A stretch of 64,000 bases of DNA from Eledone cirrhosa (lineage: Eukaryota), in contig OZ024741.1 in NCBI GenBank assembly GCA_964016885.1, positions 45,694,001-45,758,000 of the forward strand. The letters are read 5' to 3'. Below, piece by piece: positions 44,550 through 57,600 of the stretch. The notes beneath the pieces were generated by a model. That model had not been told where the DNA came from, ran no database searches, and saw only the letters and a program-made list of their open reading frames with translations. The position numbers were made by a program, and so were the translations under genes. Every line of letters starts with the position of its first letter. Position 1 is the first letter of the stretch.

Positions 44550-44770
44550 CCCTTTAGCATTTACATTACTCTATAGTTACTATTATACTTTTACGCTAAA
44601 GGCTTTACATCACATAATTATCTCACATAATATCGAATCTACGAGATTTTTATATTATTTATTTTGAGAACAATACCGTAACATAAGTATAAGCAGCTGG
44701 TTACAGCCGGTTTGAAAAGAAAGAAGTGAGATAATTCTGGCCGAATACGGCCGGTTCGAATGCGAAAGGG
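44550..44770. mobile_element. piggyBac-type MITE
   Basis: TTAA|CCCTTTAGCATT ... AATGCGAAAGGG|TTAA. Confidence 0.8.
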
Positions 44771-45277
44771 TTAACGTAGTCTCGGATTGAGCGAAACTTT
44801 ATTTGAAATTGGGGAAGTGGAAAATATATTGACGCCCATCATGTAATTCAAATTCAAAAATCAACTTTGTAAGACATTAAAGAAGCATGCGTCCGTGGAA
44901 TGCTGAAACACGTGTTAATTTACTATTTGAACGTTTAGTTGATCAAACAATTGAACGATAGAGGATCCATCAGTATCCTCCGAAAACATGGCACTAACAT
45001 GAATGACATTGTTCTGGCACATTGGCAGTGGTTTAATAAATATTATTGTTAATATAACTGAATATATATTGACGATAGTTGGAGCGTTACTCCAATATGC
45101 TATCAACTAACCCATTCTCTAGTTCATGAATAGATAGGATGTTCAAGGAATACGATGATTATATATCCTGGGAAGAACAATTTAGGGGTAAAATGAAAGA
45201 ATATAACATTAATATAGAATAGCCATATTCCTTACAACGCATACCTCACTTTATGCTCCTATACTTAATAAAATAAT

Positions 45278-45463
45278 TGTTTCTACGTTAGGCACAAGGC
45301 CAGCAATTACCCAGTAGATTACTGGTACTTTATTTTATCGACCCCGTAAGGATAAACGGCAAAGTTAACCTCGGTGGGATTTGAACTCAGAATGGCAAGG
45401 GCTGTAACTCTATGCGTCAAAGCATGGCATCCGACACTCTACCAATACTGCCAATCCACCGCC
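45278..45463 (-). mobile_element. tRNA-derived SINE with 17-bp TSD
   Basis: TSD ATACTTAATAAAATAAT at 45261-45277 and 45464-45480. Confidence 0.93.
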
Positions 45464-46774
45464 ATACTTAATAAAATAATGCATGTGTGTCCACGATACT
45501 ATAAAGAATAATTAATAGACACACGTACAAGTAATTCACTTTTTGCATGCACAACACAAACAACTTCAATACACCAAGAATCTCTATTTAGGCGTTCATT
45601 CTTTTAGAAATAGTAGGTGTACTGTCCCTGTGTTCAAATACTGTGAATGGAATTGAGACAGAGGGGGTGTTGTTGTGAATATTTTCAATTACTCTTCTTA
45701 GAGACCGATGAAGATAGCTGTCACTCAAACATGATATATTTAATCCGTTTATTGTATCATTATGGCCCTTTGGCAATAGTAATATTAAAAATAATTTATT
45801 TCAAAGGTACAATTACAGAACTGATTAATAAGAATGTATAGTTGATGGAATTGATCTTAGTCCATGATCAATTATTTCACTGATCCTACAAGGATCGATA
45901 TTAAAAATGACAATATTAAAGTGATGCAATTCAATGCTACGATGCGTTTCATCTTGCACAGAAGTGAGGCTTAAATTGTATTAGTGCTTGTATGTGTTTG
46001 ATGCTAAAGGCAGTATAGTCGAATATTTGATATTACTTCTCATTCATGAAGTTGCGAATTCTATCCTATTGCTTAGAAACTTGGGCAAGTGTCATTTGAC
46101 ATTGCTGAGAGTTGACCAATGTCTGCGAGAGCAATTAGGTAGAGAGAAACTGTTTAGAAATCTTGCTACTGTACCATAAAGCAAACGGTCAAGGCATTAC
46201 ACGTATTGTGTCGCGCTCAGTCTTGTTGAGAATGTCGTTAAATATATACGAGTCTGGAGAATGTATATTAGATTTACGAACAATCTGTTACGTTGAAGAA
46301 CACGCATCTTCAAAGGCAGGGGATGATTATTCAATAATGTAGAAAGTAAATAATAAAAGGAAGACAAAAGTAGGGGAGCGAGAAGATGGTGAACATGATA
46401 ATAATGAGAAAAACAATAATGAAAGGAATATGGAAGACGAAAATTACTTCAGGTATGATGATGAAGTAAAACCTTAAGATATTTTGACAGGTTATTGATC
46501 ATATCCGTCAAGAACATTTTACCTCGAGGAAGATGCTCGATAATAGCTATATTTGTCACCCAGCTTGATTAAAGAGACAATTTACATTATTACCCAATAG
46601 GGTTCTATAATGATAATTTCTGTTTCGTGTTTGTCGCACAAGAATATGATGTGATATCGTAATTTGAAATATATTGTTATATATTTTAGGACTGAGATAT
46701 TGCTGATACAAACTTAGGCACCAGTCGAGTTTCACTTCACTTTTATTAGCCTCGAACACCATGATTTGCAACAT

Positions 46775-46945
46775 AGAGCCATGGCCCTTTACGTTCTGAG
46801 TTCAAATCCTACCGGAGTTAGCTTTGATTTGCATCCTTACGGAATCGATAAAATAAAGTACCAGTAACGCTATGGGGTCAATTTAATCGACTTTCCTCTC
46901 CCCTTAAAATCGCTGGACTTATGCCTATATCAGAAACCATTATTA
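46775..46945 (+). mobile_element. tRNA-derived SINE, older subfamily, truncated
   Basis: B box and central motif present. Confidence 0.75.
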
Positions 46946-47604
46946 GTTACATATCTAACGCATGCTTTGGTTAGTTCGATAAACGGTTGTTTATTTAGTT
47001 GTCATAATCAATTGTCAAAGCTCTTTTAAAACGCATTGAACTACTCAATGACAATTCTTGCTTCACCGTGTCTAATCTTTGTATTTACTCTATCTAGTCT
47101 TCCTGTCGTGTGTATGTGGTCTGAGCATGTGTATGTATCTGTGTTTTACTATTTCCACGAGCCTCTGTGTTTGGCATTTATTTGACATACACATGTTTGT
47201 GTGCGTGTTTATGCATGTGCGTGTGCCGTTAGGTCTTATTTCTCCAAGTTTTGTTGTGGGTGTGCGTATCCTTCTTTTATCTTTAACTACTTAGCTATTA
47301 TTCTAGTCCTGTATTATATTTTATTAGCAGAATGACCTCCCAGTGTATAACGACAATTACAGAATTATTTCCAATTTACTTAGGACCTTTCTCACTTATG
47401 TAGAGGCCAAAGTATTTTAATGGAGGATAATATTAAGTTACATTGACACTATTAATTGTTTTGTATTTATTTTATTGATCCTGGAATAGATGAAGTCACA
47501 CACATGCACGCAAACACACGGGTAAGCGTACACACACACACCTAATGCACACAAACAAATGCACAACCACCCCACCTATATATATATATATAGGAACCAG
47601 TAAG

Positions 47605-47698
47605 ACCCCGACGGCTGAGCTCAAGCCGTTTCGACGGCTAATTCTGGACTAAATGAAAATTTATCCTGGTATTTAAATAGCCTAGCTTCTCAAAGGGT
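47605..47698 (-). ncRNA. U3-A8 variant HHR (PLE-B inverted arm)
   Basis: ACCCT-TTGAGAA-G..C-GAAA-CGGCT(TGAGCTC)AGCCG-TC-GGGGT. Confidence 0.72.
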
Positions 47699-48691
47699 AA
47701 TTCCATATATGGTCAAAGTGATTGTCAAGAGTCAGTAGTAATTCTGTGATTGCAAATTAGTAGGGGAGATGCTGGCTAAACCTGCCAGTAGGAGAAAAAG
47801 GGGAGGTGGTGGAGTAGACCCAATCATGCGTTGGTAGCGCCAGCTACAGCTGGGCATGAGGTCAAAGAAGAGACTGGGGAGGGGGAAGGGGAGGAAGTCG
47901 GAACGGTAGGTAGAACAATGAGGGGAAAAAATATATATATGAAAGAAAAGATACTTAGAGTGATGAAAAGCGAATAAGTGTAAAGAAAAAAAAGTATAAA
48001 AGCAAGTTCTACGACCTAAGTCTCTAGCTATTGTTAGGCTAGATAGATAAATAAATAAATAAAGAAAAAAAATAAAGAAAGAAACAAAGAAATAACGAAA
48101 TAAGTAAATAAACTAGGTGGGACGGAATAGGCAAGGACCCTTTTAAGAGGTATAAGTACGTAAATCATACGGTGACGGGTCAACAAATGGGGCCAAAATA
48201 CTAAAGAAACTACCACGAAATAAATAATAAAGGTTTCTATCCCGGGCACAATGCCAGCAACCACCCAGTGCAGCAAAGTAAACTAGTAAGAGATAATAAT
48301 TCTGAGTCCCGAAAAAAATAAGTACTAATGCTAACTCTAAAAGATCTTATACAAGCTACATGAAAGTTCGTACGAAGTAAAGGTAGAATACGGAAAAATA
48401 AATTCAGAATCCACCCCGCCCAAAAGAAAAGAGAAGAAAGAAATACTGAAACGAGAAGATAAGGCATAAGTGCCACTAAGAAATATAGAAGGCACGGAAA
48501 ATAGTGGGAGCGGTCGGAAAAGGGGGCAAGTATCCGAGGTCTAACACAACTGCTATAAAAAGCGGAGTCCGCCAAATCTATCATAGACTAGGGGAGGGGG
48601 TGGGGGTACTGAGGTTACAAGGGGCCAAAGGGCAGCCTCGGGTGGGCGAGAAAAGACGCCGACAAAGAAGAAGAACTGGGGTAGAAGGACT

Positions 48692-50585
48692 TGTGCATTC
48701 GGATAAAACTGGGAACCTATACTTTGTCAACCCTGACAGATACCACACACTGATCAGGAGCAGCCTAAACTCCACCTATGAAAAGGCCAACCACTCTTGC
48801 ATCGAGGACATGAATCGAGATGGACAACAAATTACCTCCAGCCTCGGGGTCGCCGATCGCACGGAACCCCTAGACCCACGGACACCATACTTCACACTGA
48901 AGGACCATAAATCCGATTTTGACCGTAAACCCTCTATCAGGCTTATTAACCCAACGAAGTCCGACATAGGGAGAATCAGCAAAAAAATCCTAGACCGCGT
49001 GATACCAAAAGTCAAGCAACACGCCCGACTTAGCCTATGGATCAACACCCAGGAAGTAATCTCATGGTTCAGCAATATGGAGGATAAACGAGACACTAAA
49101 TTCATACAGTTCGACATAGAGAGCTACTATGCTTCAATCACCTTACCGTTACTTACTGCCGCCTTGGACTTCGCCGAAACACTTGTGCCCATCACCGACC
49201 AGGAAAGAAAAATCATCCTCCACGCCAGGAAGACAGTCTTACTCTTTGACGACTCTAAATGGATAAAAAGAGCTCCCGACTCACCCTTCGACGTCAGCAT
49301 GGGCGCCATGGATTCGGCGGAGGTCACAGATCTTATAGGATTATTCCTAATAGCCAAACTCACCGATATGTTTCATGCATTCGGTGGTGGATTGTACCGT
49401 GATGATGGGCTCCTTACTCTTAAAGGGTACAACCCCAGTAGTACAGATCGGGTCCGGAAACAATTAATCAGCTTCTTCCGCGACTGGGGATTTAAAATAA
49501 CCCTACAAACGTCCCTGACCCGAGTAAACTTCCTGGACGTGACCCTCGACCTCCAAAACGACCTGTACTACCCATACAGGAAACCTAATGACAACCTGCA
49601 CTACATCCACCGCCGATCAAACCATCCTAGGAACATCACCAACAACCTGGTCAAAAACATCTCCCTCCGCATATCCCGTTTGTCAGCTAATGAGCGGATA
49701 TTCGATGAACATGCGCCTTATTACAACCAGGCCCTCAAGCGGAGTGGTTTCCGGGAGGAAATATCCTACTGTCCAGCTCCCATTAGCGGAACCAGCAGGA
49801 GACACCGCCACTCACGCAATGTAACATGGTTCAATCCTCCCCACAACGCATAGGTGACAACTCCCATCGGGAAAATATTCTTTAGGCTCATTGAAAAACA
49901 CTTCCCACTACAACACCGCTACCACAACATAATTAACAAAAATACCATCAAACTCTCTTACAGCACTACACCAAACTTCGCACAAAACATCGTCTCCTCT
50001 AACAACAAAAAACTCAACCCCGATGGCAGAAATAACCTAAATAGCAGTGGAGAGCCGACCAGGAGGTGCAACTGTCCGGATAGATCCATTTGCCCACTCG
50101 ACAATAGATGCAGAGACCGTAATGTGATCTACCAGTGCAACGTGAGGACGGACACCTCCAACAAAGCTTATATAGGACTAACCGCATGTGACTTCAAAAC
50201 CCGGCTATACCAACATAGACATACCTTCCGAAACCCGGCTATACCAACATAGACATACCTTCCGAAACCAGGCTATACCAACATAGACATACCTTCCGAA
50301 ACCCGGCCCGGCGTCACGCCACTACACTTTCGGGCCACATATGGGACCTCAAGGACAACAACATCACCTATGATCTCACTTGGAGATTACTGTCCAGAGC
50401 CTAATTCTTACACGGGAGGACGCCGTCCGTGCAATTTATGCTCGGAGGAAACTTTACAAATGCTGTTTTCGACGGACCAACTCCTAAACAAGAAAGATGA
50501 ACTGGTTACTGCATGTAAACATGGATTGCGTAGGACTTACCTCGCCCTCAAACCCCATAATGACCCGGGGGGGGGGGTAGACTAG
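48692..50585 (+). pseudogene. PLE-B RT, CxC linker and GIY-YIG; 5'-truncated
   Basis: LKDHK..IRLINPTK, QFDIESYY, GLYRDDGL, WFNPP, CNC..CPL..C, IYQC..YIGLT..FKTRL; TAG at 49851 and a 34-bp triplication at about 50197-50307. Confidence 0.92.
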
Positions 50586-51693
50586 GGCTATACCACCCCA
50601 CTTGCCGATTTTGCAATGGGCAACGCATGCTTGCCAAGGGAGACGTAAGATCTTTTTATTCTTTTATCGCTTCCTTTATTTCCTTCTTCCCCCATCCCTC
50701 GTTAGTCCTTCTACCCCAGTTCTTCTTCTTTGTCGGCGTCTTTTCTCGCCCACCCGAGGCTGCCCGTTGGCCCCTTGTAGCCTCAGTACCCCCACCCCCT
50801 CCCCTAGTCTATGATAGATTTGGCGGACTCCGCTTTTTATAGCAGTTGTGTTAGACCTCGGATACTTGCCCCCTTTTCCGACCGCTCCCACTATTTTCCG
50901 TGCCTTCTATATTTCTTAGTGGCACTTATGCCTTATCTTCTCGTTTCAGTATTTCTTTCTTCTCTTTTCTTTTGGGCGGGGTGGATTCTGAATTTATTTT
51001 TCCGTATTCTACCTTTACTTCGTACGAACTTTCATGTAGCTTGTATAAGATCTTTTAGAGTTAGCATTAGTACTTATTTTTTTCGGGACTCAGAATTATT
51101 ATCTCTTACTAGTTTACTTTGCTGCACTGGGTGGTTGCTGGCATTGTGCCCGGGATAGAAACCTTTATTATTTATTTCGTGGTAGTTTCTTTAGTATTTT
51201 GGCCCCATCTGTTGACCCGTCACCGTATGATTTACGTACTTATACTTCTTAAAAGGGTCCTTGCCTATTCCGTCCCACCTAGTTTATTTACTTATTTCGT
51301 TATTTCTTTATTTCTTTCTTTATTTCTTTCTTTCTTTATTTATTTATTTATCTAGCCTAACAATAGCTAGAGACTTAGGTCGTAGAACTTGCTTTTATAC
51401 TGTTTTTCTTTACACTTATTCGCTTTTCATCACTCTAAGTATCTTTTCTTTCATATATATATTTTTTCCCCTCATTGTTCTACCTACCGTTCCGACTTCC
51501 TCCCCCTCCCCCTCCCCAGTATCTTCTGGACCTCATGCCCAGCTGTAGCTGGCACTACCAACGCATGATTGGGTCTACTCCACCCCCTCCCCTTTTTCTC
51601 CTACTGGCAGGTTTAGCCACCATCTCCCCTACTAATTTGCAATCACAGAATTACTACTGACTCTTGACAATCACTTTGACCATATATGGAATT

Positions 51694-51787
51694 ACCCCTT
51701 GAGAAGCTCGGCTATTTAAATACCAGGATAAATTTTCATTTAGTCCAGAATTAGCCGTCGAAACGGCTTGAGCTCAGCCGTCGGGGT
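51694..51787 (+). ncRNA. U3-A8 variant HHR (PLE-B 3' pLTR)
   Basis: ACCCC-TTGAGAA-GCTCGGCTA..TAGCCGTC-GAAA-CGGCT(TGAGCTC)AGCCG-TC-GGGGT. Confidence 0.78.
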
Positions 51788-51878
51788 CTTACTGGTTCCT
51801 ATTACCCACTCTACTGCCCTAAGTATTGAGTACTTTGGTGCGTTATGGTCCACCTGGTTTCTTACCACATTTCCTTCG

Positions 51879-51917
<39 letters not shown>

Positions 51918-52335
51918 TTAGCTACATGCCACCGGTGTTTTGAGAAAACAACACAAAATTTCAGCACTGAGTATATCAAAAAATCCAAACAACAGAAGTA
52001 AGCTTTACTCCGTCGTACGTTTTTCTGGCGGGGGGGGGGGGTCTGTTCAAATTCTACCTGTCTGAGTAAGTCATAGCAGTTGCATAATGGTTGTCACCGA
52101 AATATATATAACACCGAATATGAATAAACGAAGTTAATTTTAACCTGTTGAATTACACTTCATATTTACACACACATACACACACATATATATATATATT
52201 GAAAGGATAACAAGGACGATTGATTACTCCTTCATTGCGTTTATTGATAGGTGACGCGCGTTTCGCCACTGATCAGCTGAAGGTTCGATCTGTATCGATC
52301 CTACCTGACTCAATAATCGGCGGCTCGACGGACCC

Positions 52336-52384
<49 letters not shown>

Positions 52385-53409
52385 AATTAGTATATCTACC
52401 AACATATATATACACAGATGCATACCTATGCTAGAAAATATATAGGTTTTGTCTTAGTAACTTTGAGGTTCAATGCAAGGGGATGCAGAACAATTATATG
52501 AAAGACGTAAACTCACATATCTGAGAAGATGTCGAAGAAGAGTTGGGCTTCGATCGCCTTGATCACACCTAAGATGTCTGTCTCTGTGTTTCTATCACTT
52601 GAGGATTTCACTAAATAATTGATGAAATAAATCAATAAATATTAAGGCAACTGTATATATATAGGGAAACCTTTAAGCAGCAACAAGGCGATGGAACGTA
52701 TCGCATAAGTGAAAGGTTTCTATAGATTATTGGTGTCCTTCTCAGTAAAACAGTAATTTGATAAATCGTGCGAATATTGCATTATTCAAAGGTATTTTCT
52801 GAAGATAAATCGTTTAAGCAATACATATGTTTAATTTCGTGCATATTTCATCTAATATACGATACCTGGATATCAAATAAAGTTTTTTGCATTCTAGAAA
52901 TTAAATCAAGTTAAACAACGGAATAATATATAAACATGTATTTTTTTTTAATAAAATTGCATATAACGAATCACTGGTGAGATATAATACGGTGAGCAGA
53001 TCTCAGGCCTGTCGACTCACACCCACGTTGAAGTGACTGAGCGATGTCATTTCTGGTGAAAATGGGTATAGCTTTCATTGTACCAGTAATGCACTGGTTG
53101 ATTGCTTGCCTTGTGCCTAAAGTAGAAACAATTATTTAAAATCTCCACATTTTGCCTCATTTCTCTCAGTATTGGGCACTTTTTTTCATGTTACTCCCCG
53201 TTTGAGTTTTTAAAGGTTGGCAGGTCTTACATCTTGCGTCAATAATGATTTACTTGGAAATGTCCTCCCCAATTGTACAACATATTTGTAAAATTTCCTA
53301 GAGAAAGCTACAGAGAGTGATGCCTGGCACTGCGGGATGTTACGAATTCACATTCACACATGCCCCCCCCCCCCCCACACACACACACATGAAAAAGTAC
53401 AAAACTGGT

Positions 53410-53555
53410 TGGACCATTACGCACTAGAGTACTTGATCCTGGTGGTAGTAGAGAACGAGAACAGTTATATGAATGAGTCAGGTCTCCGACGGCTTAGCTC
53501 TAGCCGTTTCAACAGCGTCTGAAAATAGGTGTTGAAACGGCAAGAGCTCAGCCAC
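53410..53555 (-). mobile_element. Divergent PLE-B-like fold-back end
   Basis: GAAA-CGGCT(AGAGCTA)AGCCG-TC-GGAGA plus tail motifs; related sequence at 929-1095. Confidence 0.55.
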
Positions 53556-53769
53556 GTAAATGGTATAGCTGAAGTCGTAGACTAACATTCTAACAAGGAA
53601 ACAGAATGATTCTCCGCTTCAGAGTTAAGAATAAAGTAAATAAAATACAATACAGAGGTAATTGATATTAAATAAATACATACACGCATCCAAATACGTA
53701 CATACACAGGCATAAGCGAAAACACTCGCCATAGGTATACAAACCACGCACATATAAATGTGTGTACGT

Positions 53770-53998
53770 GTGCGAGTATACAAATAAATAAGTAATTAAA
53801 TAAATGAATGTAATAGATAAAATCCATGGGTCGGAAAATCAAAGACCGGAGGACGACCGACATCTAGCAACTTTCACTTTTGCCGGTCGCCCTCAAGTGA
53901 GGGGCCTAAAGCTTATAGTGTGCTACTACCGGTCAAATAGAGGAAAACAGAAAGGGAGAGGAAGATAAAATATACAAATAAATAAGTGATTAAATAAA
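53770..53998 (-). mobile_element. Family S fragment
   Basis: Reverse complement of 58145-58312. Confidence 0.75.
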
Positions 53999-54421
53999 TC
54001 CTTGTTAGAATGTTAGTCTACGACTTCAGCTATACCATTTACGTGGTTTTGTCTTTGCGTGCAATTGTTCTCCACGCTCCACATATGACGTAATATCTTC
54101 GTTTTTTTCCGTTCATTGCCAGAGAACGTCTCTATGAACCACCTAAGAGAACATTAGTCTACGACTTCTTTTATACCATAAACGTGGTTCTGTCTTTGCG
54201 TGTAATTGTTTTTCACCGCTCCTATTAATGACGTATTATATTCGTTTTTTCCAGTTCTTTGCCAGGGAACGTTTCCACGAACCAAAGTATCGTCTTCCTG
54301 TCTTCCTCCGGTTGCAAGGTTTTTTGAAATATCCACTTCTGCGTTTACAGATTGACTTTGTTAGTTTCAGAAGATCCCGTTAAGCAGCGATTCTTTGCTT
54401 AATCTTTAATCTGTTATTTTA

Positions 54422-54470
<49 letters not shown>

Positions 54471-54473
<3 letters not shown>

Positions 54474-54652
54474 CAAAGGAAATGTGGTAAGGAACCAGGT
54501 GGACCATAACGCACCAAAGTACTCAATACTTAGGGTAGTAGAGTGGGTAATAGGAACCAGTAAGACCCCGACGGCTGAGCTCAAGCCGTTTCGACGGCTA
54601 ATTAGCCGTCGAACGGCTTGAGCTCAGCCGTCGGGGTCTTACTGGTTCCTAT
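54471..54652 (-). mobile_element. Short fold-back 3' end of PLE-B
   Basis: Near-identical to 51749-51880; folds at AATT near 54601. Confidence 0.88.
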
Positions 54653-54671
54653 TATATATATATATATATAT

Positions 54672-57600
54672 ATAATAATGAAATGACAGGAAGCTGGATT
54701 TGTGTAAATCCTTGAAAGGTTTATTATACTATGATCATTTCAATGACCGGGTTCCGTATGAATCCGGTGATATCATCAGGTATTCGAAATATAATAAACT
54801 AGCATTACAGCCCGGCGTTGCTCGGGGTCATTAAGTTACCAAAGTTAGGTTGCACCACCCATTTTATGGCAGCACTTTTTTGTCTGCCAGGCACTGGGTG
54901 AATGAATTGCAGACCTGGAAGCAGGAGCTGCCCCAGCAGTGACAATTGTAGTTTCGCCTATGGATATTATCTCTGTGCAAAAAAGTGTTGAAATTTATTG
55001 TTTCACAGTACTTGCGCAACACGCGCGTAGACGATTCCAGCCGAACAACAGAGCTACGATGTAGTTGTTCTGCATGGTTGTCTGTGTGTTTTCTAAATTT
55101 AAGACAGTAGGGAGGGTTGTGATATGAGGGAGAGTTAGCTGTTGACTCTAGCAGGTTTAGTGACCTCATAGAGGATATGTGTTTTCTAAATTTAAGACAG
55201 TAGGGAGTGGTGTGATATGGGGGAGAGTTAGCTGCTGTTTCTAGCAGGTTTAGTGACCTCATAGAAGATATATTTTCTAAATTTAAGACAGTAGGGAGGG
55301 GTGTGATATAGGGGAGAGTTAGCTGCTGTTTCTAGCAGGTTTAGTGACCTCATAGAGGATATTATTGTTTATCATTATCTATAAAATGCAGATTGTTGTT
55401 GTTGTTGTGTGCACATGTTCCATGTTTATACATTTACACAATTTCAAACCGATTCGACTCAAAGTCTGTAAGAATCCACGTTCGTTGAGAGGTTTAAAAA
55501 AGATTTATCGCTTGTTGTTGAATAAATGTATCTGTTGCTTTTGAATAATTGTCGTTTCGTATGAAATGTAATAATTGATCACTAAAAGTTAGTGTGGTTA
55601 TAAATCACGCACGTTGTTTAATTGCTTTAAATGTTTTTTTATCATTTGAAGTGAGTGTGTGTTTGTATGCGTTTGTAAATAAATCAGTAAGTTTAAGTAT
55701 AAAAGAGAAAGTAGCAAAATGTGTGGGTTGTAGATAGAGGTGAACAGATGATAAGATAGAGTAAAACGGACAGTATCACCATCAAACTTGGAAAGAGAAA
55801 GTTGCAGAAAGTATGAAGTTGTATAGATTTTGAATGGTAGTGGAAAGAGTTTAGCAGTTTAAATGAGAGAGAAAAATCGTAAAATATTGAGTTTTATCTA
55901 TTTTTTGCGTAATTGTGGGTGAAATTGAAAAAATTAGATGTGCCAAGACGCAATCGAAGCTATTTCGAATACTGAATTGTAAATTTCAATTGAAGAAATT
56001 CTATATCGTAGATTTCTATAACAAAGGAGCATGTCCACACACTGAGCTTTATAGATTATGATGAATGTAATAGATAAAATCCATGGGGCTGAAAATCAAA
56101 TACCGGAGGACGACCGACATCTAGCATCTTCCACTTTTGCCGGTCGCCCTCAAGTGAACGGCCTAAAGCTTATAGTGTGCTACTACCGGTCAAATAAGGG
56201 AAAACAGAAAGGGAGAGGAAGATAAGTCAGCGTTAATATCATGCCACAAGAAAAAAGGGGGAAGAAAAGGAAGAAGAAAAGTCAGGGTTAATGTCGAGCT
56301 ACAAGAAGAAAGACAGAAAGAAAGAGGAAGAAAGAGGAAGAAAGGTCGGTACTAATGTCAAACTACAGTCAGGCCAAAAATGTATTCTAAGGGGCCCGTA
56401 TCTTAGAAATACATGGATATATAGAAGTAGAATATGTGGAAAAGCACATTAATAAAGCAAAGGTAGAAAGATATAAATAAACAAACACGAGTGGTGGTGG
56501 AGTAAAATGGAGAAATCAAGACATAGGAGAGATACAATATAGTTCAAGTTGCAGTATTTTTGTTCCCATGGGGAGACATTCTATATGTTTCTACCTTTGC
56601 TGTATTAATGTGCTTTTTCCACGTATTCTACTTCTATACACCCATGTATTTTTTACTCCTCTTATTCGGACTTTTACTCGCGTGTACCCATTAGCACACG
56701 ACACTGGAATGTCTCCCCCTGGGAACAAAAATACTGCAACCTGAACAATATTGTATTTCTCCTATGTCTTGATTTCTCCATTTTACTCCATCACCACTCT
56801 TGTTTGTTTATTTATATCTTTCTACCTTTGCTTTATCAATGTGCTTTTCCACGTATTCTACTTCTATATATCCATGTATTTCTACTCCTCTTATTGGGAC
56901 TTTTACTCACTTGTACCCATTAGCACACGACACTAAAATGTCTCCCGCTGAGAACAAAAATAAATATTACCCGACTATATCCCTTACTCTACATCCCACT
57001 AGGATAACTTATAGGGGATCTATATAATACATTAAGGTTTCTTCATAAAAGACTCTATCTTTAACTAAGCCTCGAAACCCAAAACCCTAAAAAAGTTTCA
57101 AACTGTTTAATTTTCAATTTTCTAATTGTTCAATTCTCAATCTTCTTACTCTTTAATTTTATAATGTTATTCTGAAATTTGTTCAACTTCATCCGATAAA
57201 TGTAAACAATAATTTAACGTTCCAATTTTCTGTCGGACTGTTGGGTTGGTTTTCCTGGCGGCGGGACCGACCTCCTGGCGCATAGGCCTACCTTGAGTGC
57301 TTGGAAAAATAAATTTCCCCTTCTGTCGGTAAATGAAACTACTCGGAGCGGATTTGATTCGCCCCAGGGGCCCGGCGTCAGCCGGCTTTTTGACCGCCAT
57401 ATAGTACCTTTAAATTACAGATCTAATCCTAACTATTAGATGTACCACGCCTCCCTCTACTTAAGAAAATCCCCGTCCTCAGTAAATTAATAGTACTGGT
57501 TTTGTACAAGGATGGCCTTACGATGTGGGCTGACTTCCCGCTGACGCACCTGAAGCCTGTTATACATTCCTAGAGTGCTTGGAAAAATTGATTTCCATAT

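Larger units (their letters stand above)
47591..51880 (+). mobile_element. PLE-B (probably Hydra-clade) with 1.1-kb inverted 5' pseudo-LTR (47591-48691)
   Basis: 47591-48691 is the reverse complement of 50704-51801; a 79-nt tail (51802-51880) occurs only on the 3' copy; (TA)n flanks. Confidence 0.93.

Noticed and set aside
48504-48691. N-terminus of the 449-aa ORF
   Set aside because: It is the antisense pLTR fused in frame by the inversion; the same peptide appears at 50676-50891 on the minus strand.
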